A DNA stretch of 63,014 nucleotides from a virus (lineage: Duplodnaviria > Heunggongvirae > Uroviricota > Caudoviricetes), in IMG/VR virus record IMGVR_UViG_3300045988_147415. The stretch is one strand, 5' to 3'. The notes under the pieces are model-generated. The model searched no databases. It saw only the letters and a program-made list of their open reading frames with translations, and had not been told where the DNA came from. Below are positions 28,089 through 37,191 of the stretch, in pieces. Both the position numbers and the translations under genes were made by a program. Each line of letters begins with the position of its first letter. Position 1 is the first letter of the stretch.

Positions 28089-28875
28089 CCTCCGCTACCT
28101 CTGCTTCCACATCAGCCACGGCTTCATCGGACGGTTCTTCTTTGGCCTGCTCTGCAATCGCCGCACGGCATTTCGCCCTGGCTGTAGCGATTGCTTCAGC
28201 TCGCACATCATCAGGAATCGTTGACGTGATATACATATCCAGTTCTTCGGCGCGGAACACTGTTTGGTCCAGATATTCGCGTAGCATCCAGGTAAATTCG
28301 AAATCACACGCGATAATTTCTGCGCTACCTTCTGCACCATTTGGGAAATGAATAAATGCCTGTTTAGCCAAACCGATAACACGACATGCGGTTGCCAAAA
28401 CAGCGACAACCAGGTTTACATTTTCACACGCTACGGGCTGATTAACGCCGGAGATTACTCCATTTAACTGTCGGTTATATGGAAGGTAGTTTGAGATGCG
28501 TTCTACGCGCCATGTGCCAGTCAGGCTGCCATTTTTAAAGATAATTGGTGTAACGGATAGCCCAAGCTCGCGTATAAGTCGTTGCGCTATAGCAGGATCA
28601 TTAAACAGGTCTAATGCTACACATTCGAAAGACTGCGCAAGGGCAAACAGTTCTTCCAGCGAGTAGTCTTTGCCCCTGGCGGTGATGTAACGACGAACGC
28701 CGCTGTCCGCATCACTCCATATAGCTACGCCATGCTCTTCATTCAGTTCTTCATTAAAGCCGAGATACGTCATGATAGTGCGTTCAATCGTGTCAAACGG
28801 CAGTGACATGTCGGCGTTAACAGCCACCAGCAGGCCATTACGCAAGCGGTATTGAATTGCTTTAGTATTTTCCAC
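28069..28875 (-). CDS. hypothetical protein with acidic C-terminal tail
   Basis: 268 aa; C-terminus EAVADVEAEVAEDADADA. Confidence 0.45.
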   Translation of the reverse strand: MENTKAIQYRLRNGLLVAVNADMSLPFDTIERTIMTYLGFNEELNEEHGVAIWSDADSGVRRYITARGKDYSLEELFALAQSFECVALDLFNDPAIAQRLIRELGLSVTPIIFKNGSLTGTWRVERISNYLPYNRQLNGVISGVNQPVACENVNLVVAVLATACRVIGLAKQAFIHFPNGAEGSAEIIACDFEFTWMLREYLDQTVFRAEELDMYITSTIPDDVRAEAIATARAKCRAAIAEQAKEEPSDEAVADVEAEVAEDADADA

Positions 28876-28881
28876 GTTAAA

Positions 28882-29544
28882 TCACTCCACTACAAACCAG
28901 TCACATGCCAGTAAGTCGCCTACAGAAGGAACCCACGGAACAACTACACCTTGTGCATTTTTTAAGGCGAAATAAGCACCATACGGAACGAGGTCGCCGG
29001 GGAAATATCCCTTAATGGCTTCCATTCGTGCCGGGTACTGTCCTTCAGGAACCAGCCAGCAGAATTGGTTTTCGCCGTTCCACCCGCGTCGGGCAACTTT
29101 CTTGCCATCCTTCAGCCACATCAGCGCGTCAGAAAAGTCGGCTGCTTCAAGGTCGATTTCTTCTTGTAGAGTAGCGATACCGCCAGCAGAAATAGTTACG
29201 TCCCTGGCTGTAATGAATGTCACCCCATTGTGACCTTCAATGCTGAGCGATACCCCATTTTCGGAGGCGTCGTTAACCCGGCTATAGCATTTTTCAAATG
29301 CTTTCTCTGGCACATAGACCAGATAGCCATTTTCAGCAGTGACGAGATATCCTCCTATTTGCGGTCGGAATTTTTCCAAGAACACACCATCAACACGAAG
29401 CGTCATTCCTTTTGGCTCAACGACTTCGATACTGCCAAAAATGGGCGCATAAGCTTCGCCGACAATAACAATATCTTTGATTTTCGATGCCCGAATGACG
29501 CTGTGGCTTTTGTATTTGGGGAACACCTGAAAAGTGCTGGCCAT
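28882..29544 (-). CDS. hypothetical protein with DUF2829-like C-terminal motif
   Basis: ALMWLKDGKKVARRGWNG motif, repeated in 37191..37766. Confidence 0.45.
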   Translation of the reverse strand: MASTFQVFPKYKSHSVIRASKIKDIVIVGEAYAPIFGSIEVVEPKGMTLRVDGVFLEKFRPQIGGYLVTAENGYLVYVPEKAFEKCYSRVNDASENGVSLSIEGHNGVTFITARDVTISAGGIATLQEEIDLEAADFSDALMWLKDGKKVARRGWNGENQFCWLVPEGQYPARMEAIKGYFPGDLVPYGAYFALKNAQGVVVPWVPSVGDLLACDWFVVE

Positions 29545-29558
29545 AATCTTTCCTCTAC

Positions 29559-30053
29559 TTAAAACTTTTCGTACTGAAGCGGTGTACGCTTGATTTCAAT
29601 GCGGTCTTCCGATGTGCTACCAAAGCCACCAGCACCACGTTCCGTTTCGTTGAGTTCCTCAACCTCGACTAGTGAGACTTGTTCAACACGCTCAAAAATT
29701 CCTTGCATGACAGCCATTCCAGGCTTGAGACAAACGCCTTCCCCGCCGGGATCAGTAATCAGTTTTGCCATGATTTCACCGCGATAATCGGAGTCGATAA
29801 TTCCTACGCAGTTAGCCAGGCGAGTATGTTTTTTGCAGCCCAATCCGGAACGCGGATAGAGTTTCAGACACCAGCCGGGCGGGATCTCCATAGCCAGTCC
29901 GGTGTACACCCACCAGCTTGAGGAAATTGCACCATTGCTATCGACACATGGTTTTATTTCAACAGCCTCAAAATCCATCGCCGCCGATCCGGAGGTGGCA
30001 TAAGCTGGAAGTTTTGCTGCCGGATGTAGGCGTTTCACTTTTACGTAAATCAT
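29559..30053 (-). CDS. dut: dUTPase
   Basis: AYATSGSAAMD, PRSGL and GIIDSDYRGE motifs of trimeric dUTPases. Confidence 0.8.
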   Translation of the reverse strand: MIYVKVKRLHPAAKLPAYATSGSAAMDFEAVEIKPCVDSNGAISSSWWVYTGLAMEIPPGWCLKLYPRSGLGCKKHTRLANCVGIIDSDYRGEIMAKLITDPGGEGVCLKPGMAVMQGIFERVEQVSLVEVEELNETERGAGGFGSTSEDRIEIKRTPLQYEKF

Positions 30054-30526
30054 TGTTTTTTAGCTCTCTGCGTGAAGGTGTAAACCCGACGTTTGATATG
30101 TGGAACGGTAGGAACAGGAAGACAGGAACTTTCAATAACTCCTTGCTCCTCCAGCGATCGCACCGCCCGCAAGAACTGCGACGTGTCGCCGCCAAACTGG
30201 CGGGCATAGGTGCTGCCGTTATGAAGTATTTGAGCTATTACCCGAGCTTTTGTCTGGCTGTCACGATATGCGAATAGCCGCACGGCCTCTTCTGGCGCAA
30301 TCGATAACTGATAGCCTTTACCGGCACGGTGTCGAATGAATCCATGCGCCAGTAGGTTTTTGAGTTCGTTACGAGTGCGAACAGATCCGTAATCCAGGAA
30401 GTGTGGATTGATAACGACTGGCTTAAACCATTCCGTAGGTGCTTTAGCTAATAGAGCTAACAGCTTTCCGGACAATTCTGGATAGGAAGACGGGTAGCAA
30501 TTCAGAGATGGGTAATAAGTTTTCAC
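30050..30526 (-). CDS. hypothetical protein
   Basis: 158-aa ORF coupled to dut. Confidence 0.45.
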   Translation of the reverse strand: MKTYYPSLNCYPSSYPELSGKLLALLAKAPTEWFKPVVINPHFLDYGSVRTRNELKNLLAHGFIRHRAGKGYQLSIAPEEAVRLFAYRDSQTKARVIAQILHNGSTYARQFGGDTSQFLRAVRSLEEQGVIESSCLPVPTVPHIKRRVYTFTQRAKKQ

Positions 30527-30867
30527 CGACGCCCCCTTGCAGGATATCGACCTGCATCAGTATCCGGTGCGATAAAGCCGGTAGTGGGGCGAGTGAAAGC
30601 GAGATTAATCTTCTCGACCATAGTGCGATAATTTTCCTGATAGTGGGCCAGGAGTTTTTCGGCGGCAATGATGGTTACTTTCCGGACGTAGCTTTCTGCT
30701 TCCTCCAGATTTCGCCAGTTTTTTTCGAGGGTAAACACAGGGACGGCCTCAAGCCCGGTCATGATGCCGAACACAACGACAGCATGACTGTTCTTAACAC
30801 CAGCGGCGAAGGTTACGGTGTAACCATCCACCTTGAAGCGTCTTGATTCCGTGATTTGACTCTGCAA
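30523..30867 (-). CDS. hypothetical protein downstream of cre
   Basis: 114-aa ORF; operator motif in its promoter. Confidence 0.4.
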   Translation of the reverse strand: MQSQITESRRFKVDGYTVTFAAGVKNSHAVVVFGIMTGLEAVPVFTLEKNWRNLEEAESYVRKVTIIAAEKLLAHYQENYRTMVEKINLAFTRPTTGFIAPDTDAGRYPARGRR

Positions 30868-30924
30868 AGCACCCTCCTAAATAGGCGAGGGTACTTTACA
30901 GCAAAGGCGTTAATCTAAAAAGAT

Positions 30925-30946
30925 GTGTTAGAAATTTAATTTACGA
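30925..30946 (-). promoter_or_regulatory. operator-like motif (CGTAAATTAAATTTCTAACACA on minus strand)
   Basis: Recurrent motif at the cre 3' end, upstream of 30523..30867. Confidence 0.4.
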
Positions 30947-31969
30947 ATCCATAAGGCGGCTATTAGCCCCCACAGACACGCCGCCACGGCGAAGATACCG
31001 CATAAGTGTTTCCGGTTTCTTCCAGGTTCCTTCCTGCATGATCTCCACCATAGACACCTGCTTTTCAGCCATATCAATAGCGGCCCCGACGCGTGCACTA
31101 TGCCCGGTCCACGTCCGGTATCTTCCTTTGTTTGGCGTAGCATCTCTTTTATTCAGCAACACCCAGGCGTCGCTGAATATTTTCTCCATTGCAGGTGCAG
31201 TAAGGGGCGTTGTCGTGATCCTGGCCTTATTGCTACGGTGTATCGGCGGGAACAGCACTGCGTCAGGATGTTCGCGAAGCCCGGAAACATCCAGCCAGTC
31301 ATTCAGCACAGCGGTAGTGCGACGGGAAAGCACCTTATCAAGCCCGGCGGCGGTCGTTATTGTCTTCGTGTGTGAAATATGTAGCGTGACAGTGTCACCT
31401 GTTTGGTCCAGATCTCCTACACGAATACGCGAGATTTCCGACATACGCATCAGCGTATTGTATGCAACAAAGAGAAAAGCCCGGTTGCGCAGGTCCACCA
31501 GCCGTTCTGACCTGGACAACAGGACGTCGAGCAGTTTCAGATCGTCCCACCGCAGCGGTATAGCCTGGCCTGTTCGTTCGCCTTTTTCAGTTGCCGCTTC
31601 GCGCCGGATGCGCCGCATAGCCAGAGAAACACTTTTATCATCCGAAAGTGGCGCAAGGCCACAATGCGAAAGCAGCATGTTCAGCATGGCGTAGTGCTTA
31701 TCAATGGTGGTCGAAGCCAGATCGGCATCATGCAGCTGAAGAAAATACTCGCGGGCCATTTCTGGTGAGATCGGAAACCAGGCAAGCTGGCGAGCGTGAC
31801 ACCAGCGCGCCCAGGAATGAAACACCAACCGGAGGTCGCGCAGAGTATTCGGCGCATAAGCCCCCTGGTCATTCATGAACCGCATAAAGTTTTCTGCGGC
31901 TTCCTGGTACTCTTTGCCAATGTTGCGCAGAAAACCACCGGAACTGCCAGAGATAATTAATTCACTCAT
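30941..31969 (-). CDS. cre: Cre-like tyrosine recombinase
   Basis: Colinear similarity to P1 Cre (SWARWC, VSLAMRRIRRE, RNRAFLFVAYNTLMRMSEISRIRVGD, HTKT, SGHSARVGAAIDMA, EIMQEGTW); roughly 40 percent identity by eye. Confidence 0.85.
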   Translation of the reverse strand: MSELIISGSSGGFLRNIGKEYQEAAENFMRFMNDQGAYAPNTLRDLRLVFHSWARWCHARQLAWFPISPEMAREYFLQLHDADLASTTIDKHYAMLNMLLSHCGLAPLSDDKSVSLAMRRIRREAATEKGERTGQAIPLRWDDLKLLDVLLSRSERLVDLRNRAFLFVAYNTLMRMSEISRIRVGDLDQTGDTVTLHISHTKTITTAAGLDKVLSRRTTAVLNDWLDVSGLREHPDAVLFPPIHRSNKARITTTPLTAPAMEKIFSDAWVLLNKRDATPNKGRYRTWTGHSARVGAAIDMAEKQVSMVEIMQEGTWKKPETLMRYLRRGGVSVGANSRLMDS

Positions 31970-32120
31970 GAAACTATTTGACCTCTATATACAGATGACG
32001 CTACGCGAAAAATATAAAAATGACAGGGTAGCTATAAGTTAATTTTCAAAATACAAGCCTTTGATTCGAGGCACGTATTTTCAGTGATGTCAACACTGTT
32101 CATCTACACATGATTATAGC

Positions 32121-32154
32121 CTAACTTTAAATAATGCCAATTATTTAAAGTTAT
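32121..32154. other. lox-like recombination site CTAACTTTAAATA-ATGCCAAT-TATTTAAAGTTAT
   Basis: 13-bp inverted arms around an 8-bp asymmetric spacer; arms resemble loxP arms (ATAACTTCGTATA); about 150 bp upstream of the cre-like start. Confidence 0.65.
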
Positions 32155-32334
32155 AAAATGCCGATTTTTTTTAATCCATCATAGATTGATGATGACCAGT
32201 AACACGTTGCCTTCATGGTCTTTAATTTGCGAAGTGTGGTTTCTACGGTTGGTTTTCTAAAATTGATGACAAAAAATCACAGTTCGATCCTTTACTCACT
32301 CTGTTATTCGACATAAATTTGTCATAGTAATTTT

Positions 32335-32355
32335 ATGTTAGAAAACTAAATCGAG
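32335..32355 (-). promoter_or_regulatory. operator-like motif (CTCGATTTAGTTTTCTAACAT on minus strand) just upstream of the candidate repressor gene
   Basis: Recurrent motif 10-30 bp before the 32364 start; weaker variants at about 32251-32270 and 32036-32056. Confidence 0.4.
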
Positions 32356-32363
32356 TAGGAATA

Positions 32364-33401
32364 ATGAGTAAGAAGTCGATCGAGAAAGAGTACAAACGGT
32401 TCCTGCAAACCGCTGAACGGTGGAAAGAGCTGGTGGTCGCAAACTCTGTTTTCCATGATACCAGTTATGCTGGCGAGGAATTCCGCCATGTTGCATTAAC
32501 GCATGACCAAAACATATTAGAAGAAGCTGAAAAATGTCTTGCTGAATGGAAAGCCTTCGTTGACATGTGCCGCGATGCCGACGGCAAAGCGTCGAACATT
32601 GTTGAGTCTGTATATTCTCCGATCCCATTCATCATTGAGGACACCAATCAAAGCACGCATGTCGTTGTGCAAAGCGCTACAACAACACGTACATTTACAC
32701 GTGAACAATTGCTAAAAAAATACGACAAAATCATAAAGAAAAGCCTGAAAAACAGGGTTTTTTCTCAAATTGTAGGTGCTCTTGAAGAAGAACAGCGCTT
32801 CTTTGAAGCTGAGCCTGAAGGCGAGATCTACCGGGCGCGTAAAGAGGCATATACAGATGTTGTGCTGACAACAAACATCGAAGGCAGCAATGCCCTTTCT
32901 CGCTTTAGAGTTGGCGCACATGGCGCATTGGTTTTCGCAAGACTACCGAAGACAACGATCCCCGTTGTCAATAATGTTGGTGAACGCCGGAGCATTACAA
33001 TTTATTCTGGCGTCGAATCGGTACCTTGCAGCCTTCTCGGCGATTTTAACTTATATCGTGTTCGTGACCTGGAAAAACACCAGCCAAGCTACGTTGCGAA
33101 GTCGTACATCTTAAGGAACATCGATATTCGCAATGAAAGCCTTAAGCAGAAATCCGCTAAGATGCTGGAGGATGCCGATCCGGCTATTCGCCATATCATT
33201 GAGCGTAAGATACGTACATCACGTGAAGCAATGGCAAGGCTGGATAAAATGGATCTGGAATTGTTAGACGTAATGATGGCCTCTGGAGACGACCTGACCG
33301 GCATTAAACTGAATGAAGCTCGTAAAAAATACGGCAAAGCAATCGAAGAACGTTACGGATACACATTCCCCCAAACGCAGTACGCCGCGAAGCTCTGGTA
33401 A
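32364..33401 (+). CDS. hypothetical protein; candidate C1-type master repressor by position
   Basis: 345-aa ORF divergent from cre across the lox site and convergent with pacB, the topology of c1 in P1; no sequence-level confirmation. Confidence 0.35.
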   Translation: MSKKSIEKEYKRFLQTAERWKELVVANSVFHDTSYAGEEFRHVALTHDQNILEEAEKCLAEWKAFVDMCRDADGKASNIVESVYSPIPFIIEDTNQSTHVVVQSATTTRTFTREQLLKKYDKIIKKSLKNRVFSQIVGALEEEQRFFEAEPEGEIYRARKEAYTDVVLTTNIEGSNALSRFRVGAHGALVFARLPKTTIPVVNNVGERRSITIYSGVESVPCSLLGDFNLYRVRDLEKHQPSYVAKSYILRNIDIRNESLKQKSAKMLEDADPAIRHIIERKIRTSREAMARLDKMDLELLDVMMASGDDLTGIKLNEARKKYGKAIEERYGYTFPQTQYAAKLW

Positions 33402-33410
33402 TCACAACCG

Positions 33411-33427
33411 GCCCCGCATCGCGGGGC
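33411..33427. terminator. terminator hairpin shared by the convergent candidate repressor and pacB genes
   Basis: GCCCCGC-ATC-GCGGGGC followed by TTTATATAT. Confidence 0.5.
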
Positions 33428-33428
33428 T

Positions 33429-34937
33429 TTATATATCCAGATCTGGCATTTCGATATCCGCCAGAACCTGATCTCGGAAAGTTGCCATTTCGGCACCAAT
33501 ATCTTCATTAGCAGGCACATAGTCCACCAGCATAGTGAAGCAGTAGGTATCCCATCGGTCAGGCGATTTGATGTTTAGCTTTTGCCGCATGTGCTCTTTG
33601 CGCATCATCGCCATTTTCCCTTCCTCATTCAGTAAAAAGGGGATTTTTGACGCTTGCTCTGCCGTTTTAGGGTCACTGTCTATCCGCATACGCCCTGACT
33701 TTATGGCATCACGCGCCATAATATTTGCGTAGGCACGCTGATTAACAAATCGCTCCCTGTCTTTGTTCGCAAACATGGGTTTTCCCCACCGAATACGTAC
33801 CGGGTTCGCACCACGACGCACCAACTGCGCACACGTATCAGAACCAAAACCATCGGCATCAACCGCGATTGTTATATTCGGGTATTTTTCCGGCGTACAT
33901 TCGTTATATATGAAGTCAGCAAAGGCCAATGGGTCCATAGTGCCAGGCATCTCCATTACCTTAAAGTTAACAACGCGCCGCTTATCCCTGTGACCAGATA
34001 CCTTGCAGATGTTGAGGACCGACTTATCTCGCCCATTACCAACGTCAGCCGTTGCCACCCATCCCCAGTTTTTCTCCAACAACACCTTGCGGCGAGCAGC
34101 GCGATCGCATTCATCACGACCAAGCAAATAGCCGTTAATTTCTCGTGGGAACTGACCAAGCACCTTGACCATGTACTCAATAGAATCGCGCCCGCCATAT
34201 TCCAGAAGCTTCTGCTTGATGAATTGTGGTGTGACGAACGGTGATTCTTCCGAGTTAAGAACAATTGCTGTCCAGATCCCTTTCGGGTTGTCTGGGGTTT
34301 TTGCTTGAGAATGGTGCGAATCGTAGAAATAACCACTTGGCCTTGTTGGCTGGGATAGCATCAACATCCGGTTATCTTCTTCAGTAAGAGCACCGGTCAT
34401 TACGCCGATCGCCTTATCAGATATACCAGATGCTTCATCCAGAATTAGAAGCAAATGTGCCGCGTGTTCACCCGCCAGCGCTTCTTCGTTGCCGAGTCGA
34501 TAACCTTTGCAGAGAACTTCCCAAATCCCCTTACGGGAGCGCTCATAAAACATGGTGTCAGAGAGGACAAAATAGGTCTGCAACCACCCATGACGCTTAA
34601 CTGCATTCGCCCAATACTGTTTAACGTATTTGAATACGCCTGTTTTTACCTGGCCTATCTTGTTAGCAACAATGATGACACGGGCATCGGGGAACAGGAT
34701 CATGAAAATCAACAGCAACATCGCGGTAAGGGACGACTTCCCCGTTCCGTGTCCGGACGTGACGGTCGTCCTACTCCCCGTTTCCTGCACGGACTGAATG
34801 ATCTGCTGCTGCTGGTGGGAGGGGAACATCCCAAAAATATCGACAACAGCCTGGGTAAAGTTGTAGCGGTATTTGATTACCATATCGCGCCAGCGTGGAT
34901 CGCTGGTGACGCATTTAATCTTGCGCCCTCCAGCCAT
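33429..34937 (-). CDS. pacB: terminase large subunit (PacB-like)
   Basis: Walker A SGHGTGKSS and Walker B LLLILDEASG; 502 aa; directly downstream of the small-subunit gene. Confidence 0.8.
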   Translation of the reverse strand: MAGGRKIKCVTSDPRWRDMVIKYRYNFTQAVVDIFGMFPSHQQQQIIQSVQETGSRTTVTSGHGTGKSSLTAMLLLIFMILFPDARVIIVANKIGQVKTGVFKYVKQYWANAVKRHGWLQTYFVLSDTMFYERSRKGIWEVLCKGYRLGNEEALAGEHAAHLLLILDEASGISDKAIGVMTGALTEEDNRMLMLSQPTRPSGYFYDSHHSQAKTPDNPKGIWTAIVLNSEESPFVTPQFIKQKLLEYGGRDSIEYMVKVLGQFPREINGYLLGRDECDRAARRKVLLEKNWGWVATADVGNGRDKSVLNICKVSGHRDKRRVVNFKVMEMPGTMDPLAFADFIYNECTPEKYPNITIAVDADGFGSDTCAQLVRRGANPVRIRWGKPMFANKDRERFVNQRAYANIMARDAIKSGRMRIDSDPKTAEQASKIPFLLNEEGKMAMMRKEHMRQKLNIKSPDRWDTYCFTMLVDYVPANEDIGAEMATFRDQVLADIEMPDLDI

Positions 34938-36301
34938 TAATCATCCTCCGGCGGTTCTATCGCGATATCATCATCTCCGGCGTCATACCCTGCATCAGAT
35001 GCATCATAATCACCGTAAATTTCAGCCGTTGCCGAAGGGTCAATATCCAGCTCTTCGTCGTTGGCCTCGAATTCTCCAGCTTTACGCTCGCCATTGCGGT
35101 CGTAATCTCCGCACCCCAATTCTTCAACAATGGTTGCCACATCCGCCCGGCGCTCTGCCAGCCATTGCGGATGGTTAGCCTGAAGCGTTGCAAACTCCCT
35201 TGCCTCTTTGTCCAGCTGTTCATCATCAACATCATTGACGTCAGAAACAGGTGGTTCGAGAAGAGTGATAGCTTTCGCCGCGCGCGCCGCGAGGATAGCC
35301 GGGACGCTGACCCCCTGGCGCTCGATGTATTCAGCAACACCGATATCATCCAGTTCCTCGCGCTCACGCATACGTATAGCGGCGGCGATAACTCTGGCTG
35401 CGCGTGCGTCAGCGCCAATGCGATATTCAATCTCTTTGCCACGCTGTTCGGCCTGTAGGCGTGCTAATTCGAGTTTTTCTCTGGCCTCAGCCTCTTTGAA
35501 TGCTTGCTGGCGAGCGCTCTGACGAAGCTTTTCATCCCCCTGTCGCAGCTTTTGTTCGGACTGATATATAGCTGCCAACCTACTGATAAAATCATTCATG
35601 TAGTAGGCCGCGTCACTGATTAGACCGAGAAGGCGCTGCCCAGGGTGCATTCCTTCTGGCTCTTTATCGCCCAAGGCGTCTATTTCCGCCTGTAGACGTT
35701 CGGCCTCCTGATCAACAATGCTTTGATACTGAAGTGCGCGCTCTTGCGCCATTTGAATTGCTAACCGCAGGTGTTCTTCTGCGCCGTTCTTCATCATATC
35801 GCGAGCCACATTCGTAGTGGGCAATGTGGCACGCTGCACAGCACCGCCAGGGATCATTGCTGAAGATCCCTCAATTTTTGGGGCGCTTTTATCTTCTTCG
35901 GGGATCATTTTCGCCATTTTTTCGCGCAATGATCTCCTGACAGATTCTTTTATCTCATTGTTATTATTGGTATTACTTTCATGATCCGAAGTTTTCTTTC
36001 TTGGCATACTTCGGAAAGAACCTGCACCCTGCGAATTGTCAATTTCTGTAAATTTTGTTTTTTCTGCACCCTCTTCCAGCTTTTTTGTTGCTCTTCCCGC
36101 CCGTTTTTTTTCAGGTGATTTGGTGCTTTTTTTTGTTGTCTTTACCTGCGACCGCACCTCATTTTTTTTCATATTGAGATGCTTTCTGGCTGTATTGAAG
36201 CTAAGGCCATGCTCCTCACAGTATTCCTTTACAGTGATCCCTTTTTCTTCACGCAACGCTATAAAGCGGGCGCGGTGCTCCTCCCAATTAACCAGACTCA
36301 T
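34937..36301 (-). CDS. pacA: terminase small subunit (PacA-like) with N-terminal HTH
   Basis: N-terminal HTH (ITVKEYCEEHGLSFNTARKHL); overlaps the pacB start; contains an internal GATC-hexamer cluster. Confidence 0.6.
   Translation of the reverse strand: MSLVNWEEHRARFIALREEKGITVKEYCEEHGLSFNTARKHLNMKKNEVRSQVKTTKKSTKSPEKKRAGRATKKLEEGAEKTKFTEIDNSQGAGSFRSMPRKKTSDHESNTNNNNEIKESVRRSLREKMAKMIPEEDKSAPKIEGSSAMIPGGAVQRATLPTTNVARDMMKNGAEEHLRLAIQMAQERALQYQSIVDQEAERLQAEIDALGDKEPEGMHPGQRLLGLISDAAYYMNDFISRLAAIYQSEQKLRQGDEKLRQSARQQAFKEAEAREKLELARLQAEQRGKEIEYRIGADARAARVIAAAIRMREREELDDIGVAEYIERQGVSVPAILAARAAKAITLLEPPVSDVNDVDDEQLDKEAREFATLQANHPQWLAERRADVATIVEELGCGDYDRNGERKAGEFEANDEELDIDPSATAEIYGDYDASDAGYDAGDDDIAIEPPEDD
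35850..35990. other. candidate pac packaging site: cluster of GATC hexamers inside pacA
   Basis: Five GATC sites within about 135 bp (near 35852, 35865, 35903, 35931, 35983) plus TGATCA near 35710, against about 0.5 expected by chance. Confidence 0.45.
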
Positions 36302-36690
36302 AAAGCAACACCACGCTTTTTAACGGCGGCATTCCACAGCTTATTCGCCATGTCCACCAGCTCTCGTTGCTCTTTTCGCGCCTGTTCGACTGATTTCCTG
36401 CTACAGTTTTTAACCAGTAAGCTACCGTATTCAGGCGTGCGCCCGCGCACCTTGAACTGATATCCGTTCAGACCATGTAGCCAGTATTTTCGTGGATACA
36501 CACGATCATCCAGCTCACAGATTGCCCTGCTTGAACGAACAAAATGACGAATGATGTTAGTTACACTTACTCGTGAAACATGGAGATGAGGGTATTTTTC
36601 TTTGGCGAGAGTGGTAATTTCAGTGACTGTCAGATAGCAGTCAGCCCTGATCATGATATCCGCAATTTCTGCGCTGCTGATTTGTTCCAT
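36298..36690 (-). CDS. hypothetical protein; candidate late-promoter activator (Lpa-like) by position
   Basis: 130-aa basic protein immediately upstream of and coupled to pacA; operator motif in its promoter. Confidence 0.3.
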   Translation of the reverse strand: MEQISSAEIADIMIRADCYLTVTEITTLAKEKYPHLHVSRVSVTNIIRHFVRSSRAICELDDRVYPRKYWLHGLNGYQFKVRGRTPEYGSLLVKNCSRKSVEQARKEQRELVDMANKLWNAAVKKRGVAL

Positions 36691-36767
36691 TAATCCCCCG
36701 GGCAGGAAATGACCGAGGGGATGATAATGAGAATGTTAAAACTGTATAGACTGGTAAAAAGATGATT

Positions 36768-36790
36768 ATATTAGAAAATTAATATTAAAT
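36768..36790 (-). promoter_or_regulatory. operator-like motif (weaker variant) upstream of the Lpa-like gene
   Basis: ATTTAATATTAATTTTCTAATA on the minus strand. Confidence 0.3.
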
Positions 36791-36798
36791 ACCTAACG

Positions 36799-37191
36799 CT
36801 ACCAGCGAGACAAACGAACAACATGTTTCACTTTTGCGATCCACTTTCCGCGATAACTATTGATTACGGCCTGTGCCAGCTTCAAATTGGCTTCAAAATC
36901 AGCCTTACTACCATCAGACTCCACCAGCATTCCTCCATCTATTTCTGGTAAACATAGATAATCCTGCTCAACCTGCAGCGGCATTGATGGCTCTCTGAAT
37001 GGCGTTACTTGCTCTGCTTTCCAGCGAAATCTAACCCTCATCCCCCTGGTGGTCATTACTAGATAGCCTGTTATAGTGCTTTTATGGCCCACATCAGTAC
37101 GCGTGGCATTGCATGACACGATCTTACAGTTAGCGATAGACCACTCCATATTGGTGGCCTGTTGAGTGCTTAATTTGGTAGTCCCGTACAT
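36799..37191 (-). CDS. hypothetical protein
   Basis: 130-aa ORF coupled to the upstream gene. Confidence 0.4.
   Translation of the reverse strand: MYGTTKLSTQQATNMEWSIANCKIVSCNATRTDVGHKSTITGYLVMTTRGMRVRFRWKAEQVTPFREPSMPLQVEQDYLCLPEIDGGMLVESDGSKADFEANLKLAQAVINSYRGKWIAKVKHVVRLSRW

Noticed and set aside
31038-31694. 218-aa plus-strand ORF
   Set aside because: Antisense to the Cre-like recombinase gene; Ser/Arg-rich shadow frame
32155-32363. Searched for a coi-like small gene between the lox-like site and the candidate repressor
   Set aside because: Only a 23-codon frame is present; no plausible small ORF
34455-35522. Several plus-strand ORFs of 97-161 aa
   Set aside because: Antisense within the pacA/pacB terminase genes
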